Source of the DNA: Negaprion brevirostris
Lineage: Eukaryota
Direction of reading: 5' to 3'
Assembly (NCBI GenBank): GCA_030324005.1
Contig: JARDVH010000097.1
Span: 50,481,530 to 50,545,529, forward strand
DNA: 64,000 nucleotides
A model generated the notes under the pieces. The model was not told the DNA's origin. It worked only from the letters and a program-made list of their open reading frames with translations, and searched no databases. Numbering within the stretch: the first letter of the stretch is position 1; each line of letters begins with the position of its first letter. Shown piece by piece: positions 36,660-47,589 of the stretch. Position numbers and translations under genes: made by a program.

Positions 36660-36990
36660 CCTACCCAGGTGAAAGGAAAATTGTGTTTTACAAACCTATT
36701 GAAGATTTCTGAGGATGTAGGTAAAGGTGAATCAATAGATGTGGTATACTTCAATTTCCCAAAGGTTTTTTGATACATTGCAAGGTAACAATGAAAGGTA
36801 AAGGTTTGTCCAGTTATCCTGGACATTATTAGCATGGATAGTGGATTGGTTCTTGGGCATGATGCAATGAGTAGGGATAAATGGGATATTTTCAATTTGG
36901 CAGGGTGTGACCAGTGAAGTGCTGCATGGATTAGTGTTGAGGCCTACACGCTTACCATCTGGATTAATGATATACGCAAGGAAGTCGAGA
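36660..36990 (+). mobile_element. CR1 RT fragment
   Basis: gatgtggtatacttcaatttcccaaaggttttt gat (cf. DVVYLDFxKAFD) and tggcagggtgtgaccagt (W..VTS). Confidence 0.65.
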
Positions 36991-36994
36991 ATAA

Positions 36995-37160
36995 TGGGCA
37001 ACATGGTGGCGCAGTGGTTAGCACTGCTGCCTCATTGCACCAGGGACCAGGGTTCAATTTCCGGCTTGGGTAACTGCTTGTGTGAAGTTTTCACATTTTC
37101 CCCGTGTCTGTGTGGGTTTCCTCCGAATGCTCCAGTTTCCTCCCACTGTCCAAAAATGAA
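36995..37160 (+). mobile_element. V-SINE (HE1-like), 3'-truncated
   Basis: ggtggcgcagtggttagcactgctgcctca head plus V-domain gtgggtttcctcc..tgctccagtttcctcccac. Confidence 0.8.
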
Positions 37161-37505
37161 AGATATATAAGATTATGGAGGGTATAGATAGAGTAAACAG
37201 AGGTAAGCTATTTCCTATGGAAGAGACACATAATACGAGGGGCTATGGGCTTAAGGTGAGGGGCGAGAGGTATAACACAGATATTANNNNNNNNNNNNNN
37301 NNNNNNNNNNNNNNNNNNNNNNNNNNNNNNNNNNNNNNNNNNNNNNNNNNNNNNNNNNNNNNNNNNNNNNNNNNNNNNNNNNNNNNTTATGGGGAGAAAG
37401 CGGGAAAGTGGAACTGATCCACTTCAGATCAGCCATGATCTCATTGAATGGCAGGGCAGGCTCGAAGGGCTAGATGGCCTACTCCTGCTCCTCTTATGTT
37501 CTTAG
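37160..37505 (+). mobile_element. CR1 LINE 3' end
   Basis: KIMEGIDRVN..LFP and tail gatcagccatgatctcattgaatggc...ggcctactcctgctcct. Confidence 0.8.
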
Positions 37506-38769
37506 GTTCTCTTCCACATTGTATTCCACCTGCCACTCCTTTGTCCACTGTCCTAACCTTTCCAAGTCCTTCTGCAGCCCCCTGCCTCCTCAATACTACC
37601 TGTACCTCTACATTTGATTTCAGATCCATAACAATGTGGTTGACTCTTCAATGCTCTCAGGGATGAGCAATAAATGCTGGTCCAGCCAGTGATGACCACA
37701 TCTCACGAACAAATAAAACAAAATCTCCTAGCAATAACTTAAAACCCATGGTCTCTTTGCTGTTGCCCATTCTGCTAATGGAAATTGCTGCTTTCTTACC
37801 TGGGCCCCTCATAATTGTATACATCTCAATTAAAGGCCTCAGCCTCCTCTGCTCAAAAGAAACAAACCAATAGTTTCATTCCATACCCAACTGTGACTGT
37901 TTTCCACCTTTAGTAAGAGGACATCTGTTCCTGTTCCTTGTTGTCCAAATATGCATTATCTTATATTGCACATTTGTATCCATCTGCCATTTGAATGTAA
38001 TACAATGTATTTGCACAATCCTGATATCAAACTGACTCTTTGCTTCAGGGAAACAATTTCACTAATAACTTGCTGGGTATAATCTTGATTTTATGCATTA
38101 ATGGAAATACAAATTGGGAGAAATTAATATGGGCTGCTGATTTGCTATCATTTGTTTTACACTATCATTCAAAGTCAAAATGACCCCATTTGTGTTCAGA
38201 GATGGTCTGGTGGTGCTCAGGTAAATGGTAAAATGCAGGCTCTAGTATGAATTTCAACAAACCCTGACATAATGTTGCCGTTTAATCACTTAACTTATAA
38301 ACAGATACAAACTGTGTACAGGAAGAAATGTACAGCGAGTGGTGTTAAATACTAAGCCTGAGCAGCAGCGTCCAGGCTGAATGTTCATGTTCTGGCATTG
38401 TGCCAAGGCTATAATCACTCTCCAGGTAAAGTCTAGAGCTCTCCAGGCACAATGTTGTGTTACTTTTAAAAGCAGTGACAGCAATGGTCAAACTGAATAC
38501 TTGTAATTATTTCAGTTTTTTCAACTGTAAGATCTGGCTGCTAAGAATACTAATGTGCATCACTGTGCACTCGCAACAATCAATGTAAAAGCACAGCTTG
38601 GATATCTAATTCTATGTGTCTGACATCAGGACACACTGGTGACACAGATGCCTAGAATGACAAGACCATTCCCATTAATGTCCATAGAGTCATCACATTG
38701 ACACCATGGAAGGGAAAAGAAAAGGTTAGGTTTTAAGCAATCATTCGGTAATTGAGTTCACACACTCAA

Positions 38770-39031
38770 TGATGATAGTCGTGCCAGTTTGAAACACACC
38801 CTGCAAAAGAACAGAGTTTATTACAGAATGCAAGGTACAGGCACTACTATGGTTGACAAACGCTAGTCCCTGCCTGGACTACAGTTCAGCAGGCCCAATC
38901 CTGGGCCTGCCTTATCAAAGGCACAGATAATGTGTTCCACTGGGCCAATGCCTGTTACTAGGGGAACTCATATTCAACAAGCCCCATTGGGCAATCAATG
39001 ATTCCCCATGGACCTCGTGGGAGTTATCACA
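38770..39031 (-). mobile_element. Solo LTR of the same family as the Gypsy LTR at 29471-29734
   Basis: Shared blocks gcactac.atgg, ctagtc.ctgcct.ggact, cctgttac.aggggaactca and cctc.tggg..ttatc; ends ttatcaca. Confidence 0.75.
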
Positions 39032-39058
39032 ATTAATGGCCTCTCTTAATCCCAAACA

Positions 39059-39183
39059 GGCAGAATTTTCCCATCCCACCCACCACAATAATCTTAGTGG
39101 GCAATGGTGGAATATGCAAATGTCCCTTGATCTCAGGCAGGATTTTCTGGTCTTGGGGTAAATGTGGCTGGAAAATCCCAGCC
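39059..39183. mobile_element. MITE with GGC(A/T)G..TTTTCC terminal inverted repeats; related copy at ~63734-63864
   Basis: ggcagaattttcc ... ggaaaatcccagcc. Confidence 0.55.
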
Positions 39184-39479
39184 AAAGTTTCAGCAGCAGG
39201 TCACACCAGTGTAACTGAATTAGATTATCAACTGCTTTCCAGTTAATTGCTGATTGATTTTAATTGGCTGTTGCTGAGTTTGTAAAATGGTCGGAGGTTT
39301 GTACCATTATTTAAAGTTTCTGAAGTAGCTGGAGAGTGGTGTGGCTGGTGCTGAAAGCCTTGGTCCTGATTTTAAGGTTCTGAACAAGCCACTGGTTACC
39401 AGATGTGCATGGTGCAGTCATTTTTATCCCCACTTGGCCTGAATCAGGGAGAAAAAGTAGAGACCATACAGAGGAGGAC

Positions 39480-40690
39480 AAGCTATGCAAGAAGGAGGAA
39501 GATGAAGGGAAAGAAGGGCTCTCAGCAGGAAATCTTATCTACCCAGGGCTTTTGGGGATCATTTCTTTCCCTTTACACTCAGTGAGGAATAATATGTCAG
39601 ACGTCTCTGCTTCACTAAAAAAAGCCTGCCACCTCCCAGAAGTCGAATTGCAGCCTCAGAGAAGGGCCAGGATGCAATTGGCAATGGCTCTGAAGATGGC
39701 TATATGGCCATGAGAATTTATGAGTCAGGTTCCTATCAGGCTAGAGCAGGTGATATTTGGAACATCTTGATGTTCACCATCTACTGTTGCACCGACTGAA
39801 GCTCTGCTGGCACAGGGCTGAATACATCTCACTATTTCTTGTTGCAGAGAAGCAGGTGAAGCAAGAATGTGGATTTGTGAGGATAGAAAGCTATCCATGA
39901 TGCAGGGTGTCATTGACTACACACAAAACACTTTGTCAACACTACATGTAAAGTAGAATATGCACTGCAATTGGAAGGGATTTGACCCTCTCTGGCCAGC
40001 CCATGTGTGAGCACACTCAGAGCATCTTGCAGGTCAATGTTCTGTATTCCAGTAGCAGCCATGTCTTTATTTTGTGGCTGTCTGCTATCCTATCAGCATT
40101 TGTGACAAAACAAGGGGTGACCATTGGGCCACAAGGATTAGCTGCTGACCAACTAGCTCATGACTCTGGTAGCAACCTGCACGCATACACATGATGAAAG
40201 CCATGATCTCACATGGAGCAGTCCATTATAGAATCCCTACAGTGCAGAGTGAGGCCATTCAGCCCATCAAACCTGCACCAACCACAATCCCATCCAGGCC
40301 CTATCAGTACAACCCCATATTTTTCCCTTGCTAATCCCCCGACACTAAGGGGAAATTTAACATGACCAATCCACCGAACCCACAAATTTTTGGACTGTAG
40401 GAAGAAACCAGAGCACCTGGAGGAAACCCATGCAAACTCCACACAGACAGTGACCGAAGCCAGGATTGAACCCAGGTCCCTGGTGCTGCGAGGCAGAAGT
40501 GCTAATCACTGTGCACCGATTGACCAACACTGCAGTGCCTGGACTGCTCTGGAGGAGCTCTGTGGCACTTGACAGAATGCATGACAATGCATGTCTGCTG
40601 TGTGCAGCACCACCTCATGAGGGCACAGCCTTTGCCACCAGGCATAAGATGAACTTCTGAGGAGAAAGAAGAATGAGCAGCAGGAAGGAG
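39480..40690 (+). mobile_element. Decayed PIF/Harbinger transposase (split by a V-SINE)
   Basis: MQGVIDYTQ (~39898, cf. GxIDCTH), QVNVLYSSSSHVFIL (cf. PGSxHDxxI), EQSI [SINE] QCLDCSGGAL...VCCVQH. Confidence 0.7.
40225..40520 (-). mobile_element. V-SINE (HE1-like), near full length
   Basis: Reverse complement of head, V domain and CR1-like tail (atagaatccctacagtgcaga..ggccattcagcccatc). Confidence 0.85.
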
Positions 40691-41429
40691 GGAGAAGGCA
40701 ACCAACACATTTACTGGCTGTACTGTCCATGATTGAGTAATCCACTTTGGTGCAAGTGAACACAACTGCAATACCCCATTCCTAACCACCGCATTTCCTG
40801 TCCTCCCTCTGTCGCTGACTATCAGTGTTCTTTTGATCTTAATGGTAAAATAAAAAACCACACAAAATAAGCATTCCAAACCAAATTTAATCATCAAGCC
40901 AACCAATATTCCACATAGAAGTTGATTAATTATTATTTTGCTTTCTCTCAGTGTTTGTCTCCATCTGCCTTTGACCATCCTAGTCCTTCGATGCAATGTT
41001 ACCTTTGTTCATCCAGCAGAAGGAACTCATCAATTGCAAGCACTAAAATAAAACAAAAATTTACTCCAAAAAATAAAACAAAGAGAAAGGTTTGATAAAG
41101 AAACTTCAGAACTCCAAAGCCACATCTTGGCCATCCAAGCTCCCCACAATTCCCAACTGTTTCTTATTTACACTGAGTCAGCTGACCCTTATTGTATGTT
41201 ATCACTGGTCACATTATAACAGATCCAATGTTATCATTGTTACATTCTAACAACCCTGATGCCTGCTGCAGAGATGACGGAAAGCTCTTGAGAGATTACA
41301 GATGACCTTACTCTGGCATGAGGAATTCCAGCTTCTCAGCATGGGCAGCAGCAGTCTGAAGTGGCTGGCCAACAGTCACCAACAAGGACATTGACCGAAA
41401 AACAGTAATAGGAGGGTGCATCCGGTCTT

Positions 41430-42520
41430 CCCATTCGAATTTAAATTCAGTTAATAAAACCGAGAATAGAAAGCTAATCTCAGTACTGATGACTATGAAA
41501 CTATCATTTATTGTCATAAAAACCTATCAAGTTCGCTATTGTTCTTTAGGGAAAGAAATCTGTGGGTCTGACCCACACATGACTCCAGATCCAGAGAAAT
41601 GCGATTGAATCTTAACTGCCCTCTGAAATGAATTAGCAAGCTATTCAGTTCAAGAACAGTTAGGAATGGGCAACAAGTGCTGGCCTTGCCAATGAAGCCC
41701 ACATTTGATTAAAGAATTTTGTTTTACCATAGGCTTGTTCTCCACTATCAATATCCTGAGGGTTGCCATTGACCAGAAACTGAACTGAACTAGCCATATA
41801 AATAATGTGGCTACAAGAGCACGTGAAAGGCTTGGAATCTTGTGATGAGTGACTCACCTCCTGACTCCCCAGAAACTGTCCACCATCGACAAGGCACAAG
41901 CCAGGAGTCTGGTGGAATATTCTCCAGTTGCCTGGATGAACGCAGCTCCAAAAACACTCAAGAAGCTTAACATCCTCCAGGACAAAGCAGCTTGACTGGC
42001 ACCCCAACCACAATCATTCTTTCCGTCCGCCCCCAATGAACAGAGGCAACAGTGTGTACCATCTATATGATGCATTGCAGGAGCTCACCAAGGCTCCGTA
42101 GACATCACTTTCAAAACTCATCACAACTACTATTGAGGAGGACAGATTGATGGGAACAGCACCACCTGCAAGTTCCACNNNNNNNNNNNNNNNNNNNNNN
42201 NNNNNNNNNNNNNNNNNNNNNNNNNNNNNNNNNNNNNNNNNNNNNNNNNNNNNNNNNNNNNNNNNNNNNNNNNNNNNNCCTGCAAGTTCCACTTCACATC
42301 ACTCACCATCCCAACTTGGAACTATATTGCTGTTCCATCACTGTGGCTCAATCAAAATCCTGAAACTCCATCCCTAACAGCACAGTAGGTGTACCTACAC
42401 TACATGGACTGCAACACTCCATGAAGGCAGCTCACAACCACCTTCTCAAGTGCAACTAGGGTCGGGTAATAAATGCTGATCTAGCTACCAACCCTCACAC
42501 CCCATAACCGAATAAAAAAA
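41430..42520 (+). mobile_element. SINE (41430-41715) followed by LINE 3' end (41735-42520) with the same tail
   Basis: Both end in ggg(c/t)aa.aa.tgctg; the LINE part matches 2030-2568. Confidence 0.7.
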
Positions 42521-43749
42521 ATTGCCTTTGCCATTTATGCCTCAGGAATCATAATCATAGAAACATCGAAATGAGAAGCAGGCCCTTTGAGCCTGCTCCA
42601 GCATTCATTTTGATCATGGCTTATCAATCTGGAACTCCAGCATTCTGAGTTTGTGTGGTAGTAAGATGACTTTCCATAACTCCAGTTTGAACTTCCACTG
42701 CAATCCCTAAATGGTGGTGGCTTCTGCTTGTCTTGCAATGGGATCTGATACACCAATAATTAGCTTCTACACAGTTGAGCCCACAAATGTTTTCATGGAG
42801 CTCTGCATCTCTTCCATGATGGAGAGGATGGATTCTACACAAAATTCTGGTGTCAAGTTGGTGCCAGACTCTCTGTGCTATTTGCCGGTGACCCTTGACT
42901 GACTTGTTGGCCTGGTAATCCACCAAACACTTCAACCTTCTTTTGTAGGCCACCTCAGTCCTCATCTGAGCTCTGTACAGCAGAACCCATGTGAAACCTT
43001 ACCCTCTGGCAAGCTGTCACATGTGTTACTCTTGTCCTCTGCCCAGCATCTCACCATTTTCTGATTCCAGCTTCTACTTATCCTCTAAAATGTCAAGTGT
43101 CTGAGCTGGTGGCTACACGTGAGAGTAAGTGATGCTGTTTCTTCTGCTTGCCCTGTCCTCCTGATCTTCTATTTCTTGCTTTCTACCATAACCTGGCCAG
43201 GTAGAAGTTCTTAGGTATCTAAATGGAGAAAGACATCAAGATGGTGTCTGTTGTGAGGAAAATATGAGATGGGGGGGGCAGCAGGCGGGGGCGGGGGGGG
43301 AGGTTGGTGGTAGAAAGAGGGCAACAGAGGTATGCTTATACCTTGTACATCTTGTAAATCAAAAGAGATTATGTACCAAGGAGTTAATAAGATGTTTGAA
43401 AGAGAGTTAGACTTGAGCATACTACCATGCGTGATAGTTTCAGCTCTTCCCATAGCACAGGCTCAGTTATGGCCACCCCAAAGATGGAGAATCTCATTTC
43501 CTAAACGAGTTTAAGTGCAGTCATGCCTATTTCTTCCTGCAGTTATTTACCAAGTTGGTGTTAGTGAGTGTTGTGCAATGTTTTGGGTAAGGTGACTGCC
43601 ATGTTTGAATAACTAGCAGTAAATGCAAACAGTGAGATGTGGGCATGAGTCTTTCAGCTGCAGGAGGGTGAGGTGAAGCTATGCTTGCGAGGCATGTTTG
43701 ATCTTGTTGGTAGGGGATGTGTGGTGAATTGAGCAGCATGCGAGGCTAA

Positions 43750-44190
43750 AAAGAGAAAATGCTGGAAGTAGACAGCAGGGCTGACAGTATCTCTCAAGAG
43801 TGAAACAGAAACATTTCGGGTTTGTGACCTTTCATTAGAACTCAGAATGTTAGAAGTGTGAATTGGTTTTGATCAAATGAAGGAGGGGGGGAACGGAGTG
43901 GCAGTGGTGGAGGGATCTTAAAAGAACAAAATGTCTGATAGGTAGGAGAGATTAAAGGGCAGAAATATTCACAGTGTGATGCCAAAGGGAGTAGTAATGG
44001 GATAAATAAAGAAACAAAACGTGCCTAGAGGAGGTGTGAATGGCAGCATAATGAATGACTGCCATCCAAAACCAAAGATAAGAGGATAAAAGAGAAAAAC
44101 AACAAAGTTAAGGAAATAAAATCATAAAGAAATTATGATCTAAAACTGCTGTACTTGATGTTGCTTCTAAAAGACTGTAAAGTTTATACT
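43750..44190 (-). mobile_element. Penelope-like (second family) 3' fragment
   Basis: Minus strand LQSFRSNIKYSSFRS* (cf. LQPxGxNIEFxxFR), then a degenerate CUAAUGA...GAAAUGU hammerhead-like core and the terminal motif. Confidence 0.55.
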
Positions 44191-44424
44191 ATGGCTGAGG
44201 CTAGTGGTTCAGTTGTAAGGATGTGACATTTGAAGATTCTTTTACTGGTGTTGATCGCTAGTGTGAGTTCATTCAACCTCCCAAGGCACCACTTCCAGTT
44301 CCTCAGGACTACACAGCACTGTTTTTGATTACTTTCAGATCCCATTACCTTCTCAAAGATACCTGGAGGATCTCCTGGCCCCTGTAAGTAGACCTCTGCT
44401 TCTGTCTGCCTCCTGTATCAAGTG

Positions 44425-44705
44425 GGGCATCACGTTGGCACAGTGCTTAGCAATGTGCCTCACAGTGCCAGGGACCTGAGTCTGATTCCTGGCTTGGGTC
44501 ACTGTCTGTGCGGAGTCTGCATGTTCTCCCTGTGTCTGTATGGGTTTCCTCCGGGTTCTCAGGTTTCCTTCCACGGTCCGAAAGACGCATTGGTTAGGTG
44601 CATTGGCCACGCTAAATTCTTCCTCAGTGTACCCAAACAGGGAATCTTCTCAGTAAGTTCATTGCAGTGTTAATGTAAGCCTGTTTGTGACACCAATAAA
44701 TAAAC
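44425..44705 (+). mobile_element. V-SINE with alternative tail (ttcattgcagtgttaatgtaagcc...tgtgaca..aataaataaac)
   Basis: Head and V domain as in other copies; second copy at 46245-46475. Confidence 0.8.
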
Positions 44706-44838
44706 ATAAACTTAACATCTCCAGCACAAAATCGGAGAAGATTGGAATATGCTTTCAGGCACCATTTCTCAATCTTTTGGTCAGATCTCCACTTCCAGCA
44801 CCTGACCCAACCAGAATGCACCTCACTGTTAAGAGGTA

Positions 44839-45039
44839 CAGTAAGTAGTCTCAGAATACCAAGTTAAAATCCAACAGGTTGATTTGGTAGCATGAGCTTT
44901 TGGAGCATTGTTCCTTCACCTGATGAAGGGGCAACACTCTGAAAGCTTGTGCTACCAAATGCACCTGTTGGACTTTAACCTGGTATCCTGAGACTACTTA
45001 CTATGCCTACCCCAGTCCAATGCCAGCAACTCCATATCA
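44839..45039. mobile_element. Palindromic Penelope-derived element with hammerhead motif and ~12-bp TSD
   Basis: ~80-bp inverted arms meet at ttccttca|cc|tgatgaagg; TGTTAAGAG(G/A)TA at 44827-44838 and 45040-45051. Confidence 0.8.
44917..44951 (+). ncRNA. Minimal type I hammerhead ribozyme motif (weakened stem II)
   Basis: CAC-CUGAUGA-AGGGGCAACACUCU-GAAA-GCUU-GUG. Confidence 0.55.
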
Positions 45040-46244
45040 TGTTAAGAGATATAATCTGGTTTTACATAGCACATGTTAGTTTTAAGTCACCTTGCATGAA
45101 CTTGGACTGCCTGTTGGGGCATACAGCCATTCAATAGCACATTTAATATTCGACTACAAGCTATTACCACTTAAATTAGCAGCACAAAATTTGCAAACTG
45201 CCTGCATTGGAAGGAGTGGCTGTGGGTTGATTGTGCATCGCGATCCCCATGCCCATATTCAAGGCCATCAGACGATTTCCCCCTTTCAGTTGGGACCTTG
45301 ATTTCAGAATCAAGCCACTCAATAACTTGAATTCTATAAGTTGATAATAATGTGAGGGAAAGCAATTGCTTCTGTAGACACACATCGCTGTGCATTTGCT
45401 CAATTATTTTTAGGTATTGCATCATTCTGAAATTATGAATTTTTAAGTGTAAATTCTGATTCCCTGAAATATTGGGGTGGAATACTACTTGTAATCATGG
45501 CAATCTGTTTATTTTGTTACAATAGAACATTCTAAAATATGATCCATAAATCAAAACTGCATCGTATGATCAGGTCGTGTTGTGATGTCCCAATAACATA
45601 GATCCCAGAACAATGAATGATAGTGCTATTAAATCGGTGGCAGGGAGACAACTGCGTGCTCTCTGCTTGCCAGTTAGGCAATCTCAATCCTTCACTGATT
45701 TCTGTATTTTTTTCACATTCTGTGTTGCTCTGTGCGTCTGTTTTACACAAGAGAAGACAGATTGCTAAACTGGTAATGGATTTCTGTAATAGTCTAGTTT
45801 TGTGAAGTAAGGTCAGGTGAGAAACCCATACTTCCGTAGTTGGTATTGGTATGACTGGGCCTAATGACCTTTCCTGTTCTTGAAATTTCCAACTTCCTAA
45901 TGTTACACTTCCCCCTACTGTAGCAGTGTGGGATTGCAGTGAGTTGACTGATTCAGTGCACATAATGGCTATGTGTTGCTGTAGGTTCATGCCTGCTCAA
46001 TTGTGACCAGAAAAATCCCAGTTCACATTGCAGAAAGGTTTGCTTGCAGGAAGGTATGAATGATCCCAGAGATGAAAGGCTATTTGTCCTTTTGTGAAAT
46101 CTGCTGTATTTACACAGATTAGCACCTACTGGTGAATTTTAAAATCACAACGATATTTGGTTCATTTCAAACATTCAAAACGTGAGATGAATAAAAGAAC
46201 CAGCAAGGTGACAAGCTCACTTGACAACGACACACCATTAGGAG

Positions 46245-46475
46245 AGGCACGGTGGCACAGCAATAAGCAGTGCTGCCTCACAGCACCAGCGTCNNNNNNN
46301 NNNTGACACATTCTCCCCATGTCTGCATGGGTTTCCTCCTGTTGCTCCGGTTTGCTCCCATAGTCCATGCTAAATTCTCTGTGTATCCGAACAGGCGCCA
46401 GAATGTACAGGATTTTCACAGTAACTTCATTGCAGTGTTAATGTAAACCTACTTGTGACATTAATAAATAAACTT
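46245..46475 (+). mobile_element. V-SINE with alternative tail
   Basis: ggcacggtggcacag head, V domain and cttgtgacattaataaataaac tail. Confidence 0.75.
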
Positions 46476-47089
46476 TAAAAAATGTACAGAATTTTACAGT
46501 TCCTCCGCCGCCAACCACCTGGAGCAGGTTGGAGGCGGGTCAGCCCCGTAAAATTGGGCACCATGCTTACGGCATCGTCCCAGATGCCTAAACCCTTCCC
46601 CAGCTCAATTTTGCCAGCAGCTGAACGGCCAACAAGATATCTGCTCTCCTGTGGGCCAATTGAAACCTTAATTAGCCAATTAATGATTAGCACAGGGATT
46701 TTACTCATGGTGGGAGAGGTCAACATCAACTGTCCAGCCTGCCTGGTGGAGCATGAAAGCTAGTGGTCAAACAAAGTTAAGGGTGCATGCCTCTTTTCCG
46801 GGCCACCAGTGCCAACTGAAGACCCCCAAGGTATTCTACATCTGCAATTCCCTTCCTCCCAACCTACCCTGTCGACTCCAACCTCCCAATATCTTTCACC
46901 ACCTACTTTTCCTCTTGGGACCTGCTGGCCTAGCGAGACCTCTGACTTACCTTGAAGCCCAGCTCCAAAGCAATGCATTTCCATTCAGGACTGCTGCTCC
47001 CAATGGTGCTGCCAGGACCAGAGAGCAACTGGCCATTGACTGGCAGACCTCAAAGCTGGGACTTCCTTCCTGATGGGAGCTGAAGTGCT

Positions 47090-47525
47090 AGAGTCATACA
47101 GCAGAGAAACAGGCCCACCATGTCTATACCAACCATCAAACACCAACCTATACTAATTCCAATTACCAGCACTCAGACCAAAGCCTACTATGCCTTGGCG
47201 ATTTAAGTGCTCTTCCAGGTGCTTCTTAAATATTGCAAGAGTACCTACTTCCACCGCCCTCTCCATTCCATATTTTCACCACTCTCTGGGTGAAAATTAT
47301 TTTCCTCCAATGCCCTCTGAACCATTTAATCCACACCTTAAACCTATGTCCTTTCATTTTAGATATCTCAGCCATGGGAAAAAGATTCTTATGATCTACC
47401 CTCACTACGCCTTTCATATTTTGCATACCTCTATCAGATCCCCCCTCAGCTTCCTCTGCTCCAAGGAAAAGAAACCCAGCCTATCCAGTCTCTCCTCACA
47501 GCTGAAACTTTCCATCCCAGGCAAG
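47090..47525 (-). mobile_element. CR1 LINE 3' fragment
   Basis: Minus ORF MKGVVRVDHKNLFPMAEISKMKGHRFKV...FTQRVVKIWN. Confidence 0.8.
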
Positions 47526-47589
47526 TCTTGCTTCAAGCCATTTAATAACTCAAGCACTATTAAATGGCTGTAATATGAACTGGCTGAGT

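Larger units (their letters stand above)
43130..44765 (-). mobile_element. Decayed Harbinger Myb/SANT-like ORF, convergent with the 39480-40690 transposase
   Basis: Minus strand IPIFSDFVLEML [SINE] LIQEADRSRGLL..ARR...RNWKWCLGRLNELT parallels the 3560-3790 peptide. Confidence 0.5.

Noticed and set aside
39333-39355. Possible REST/RE1 site (GGTGCTGAA)
   Set aside because: Only one half-site; the CTGTCC half is missing.
43269-43312. G-rich run with G-quadruplex potential
   Set aside because: Low-complexity tract inside a decayed transposon, with no evidence of function.
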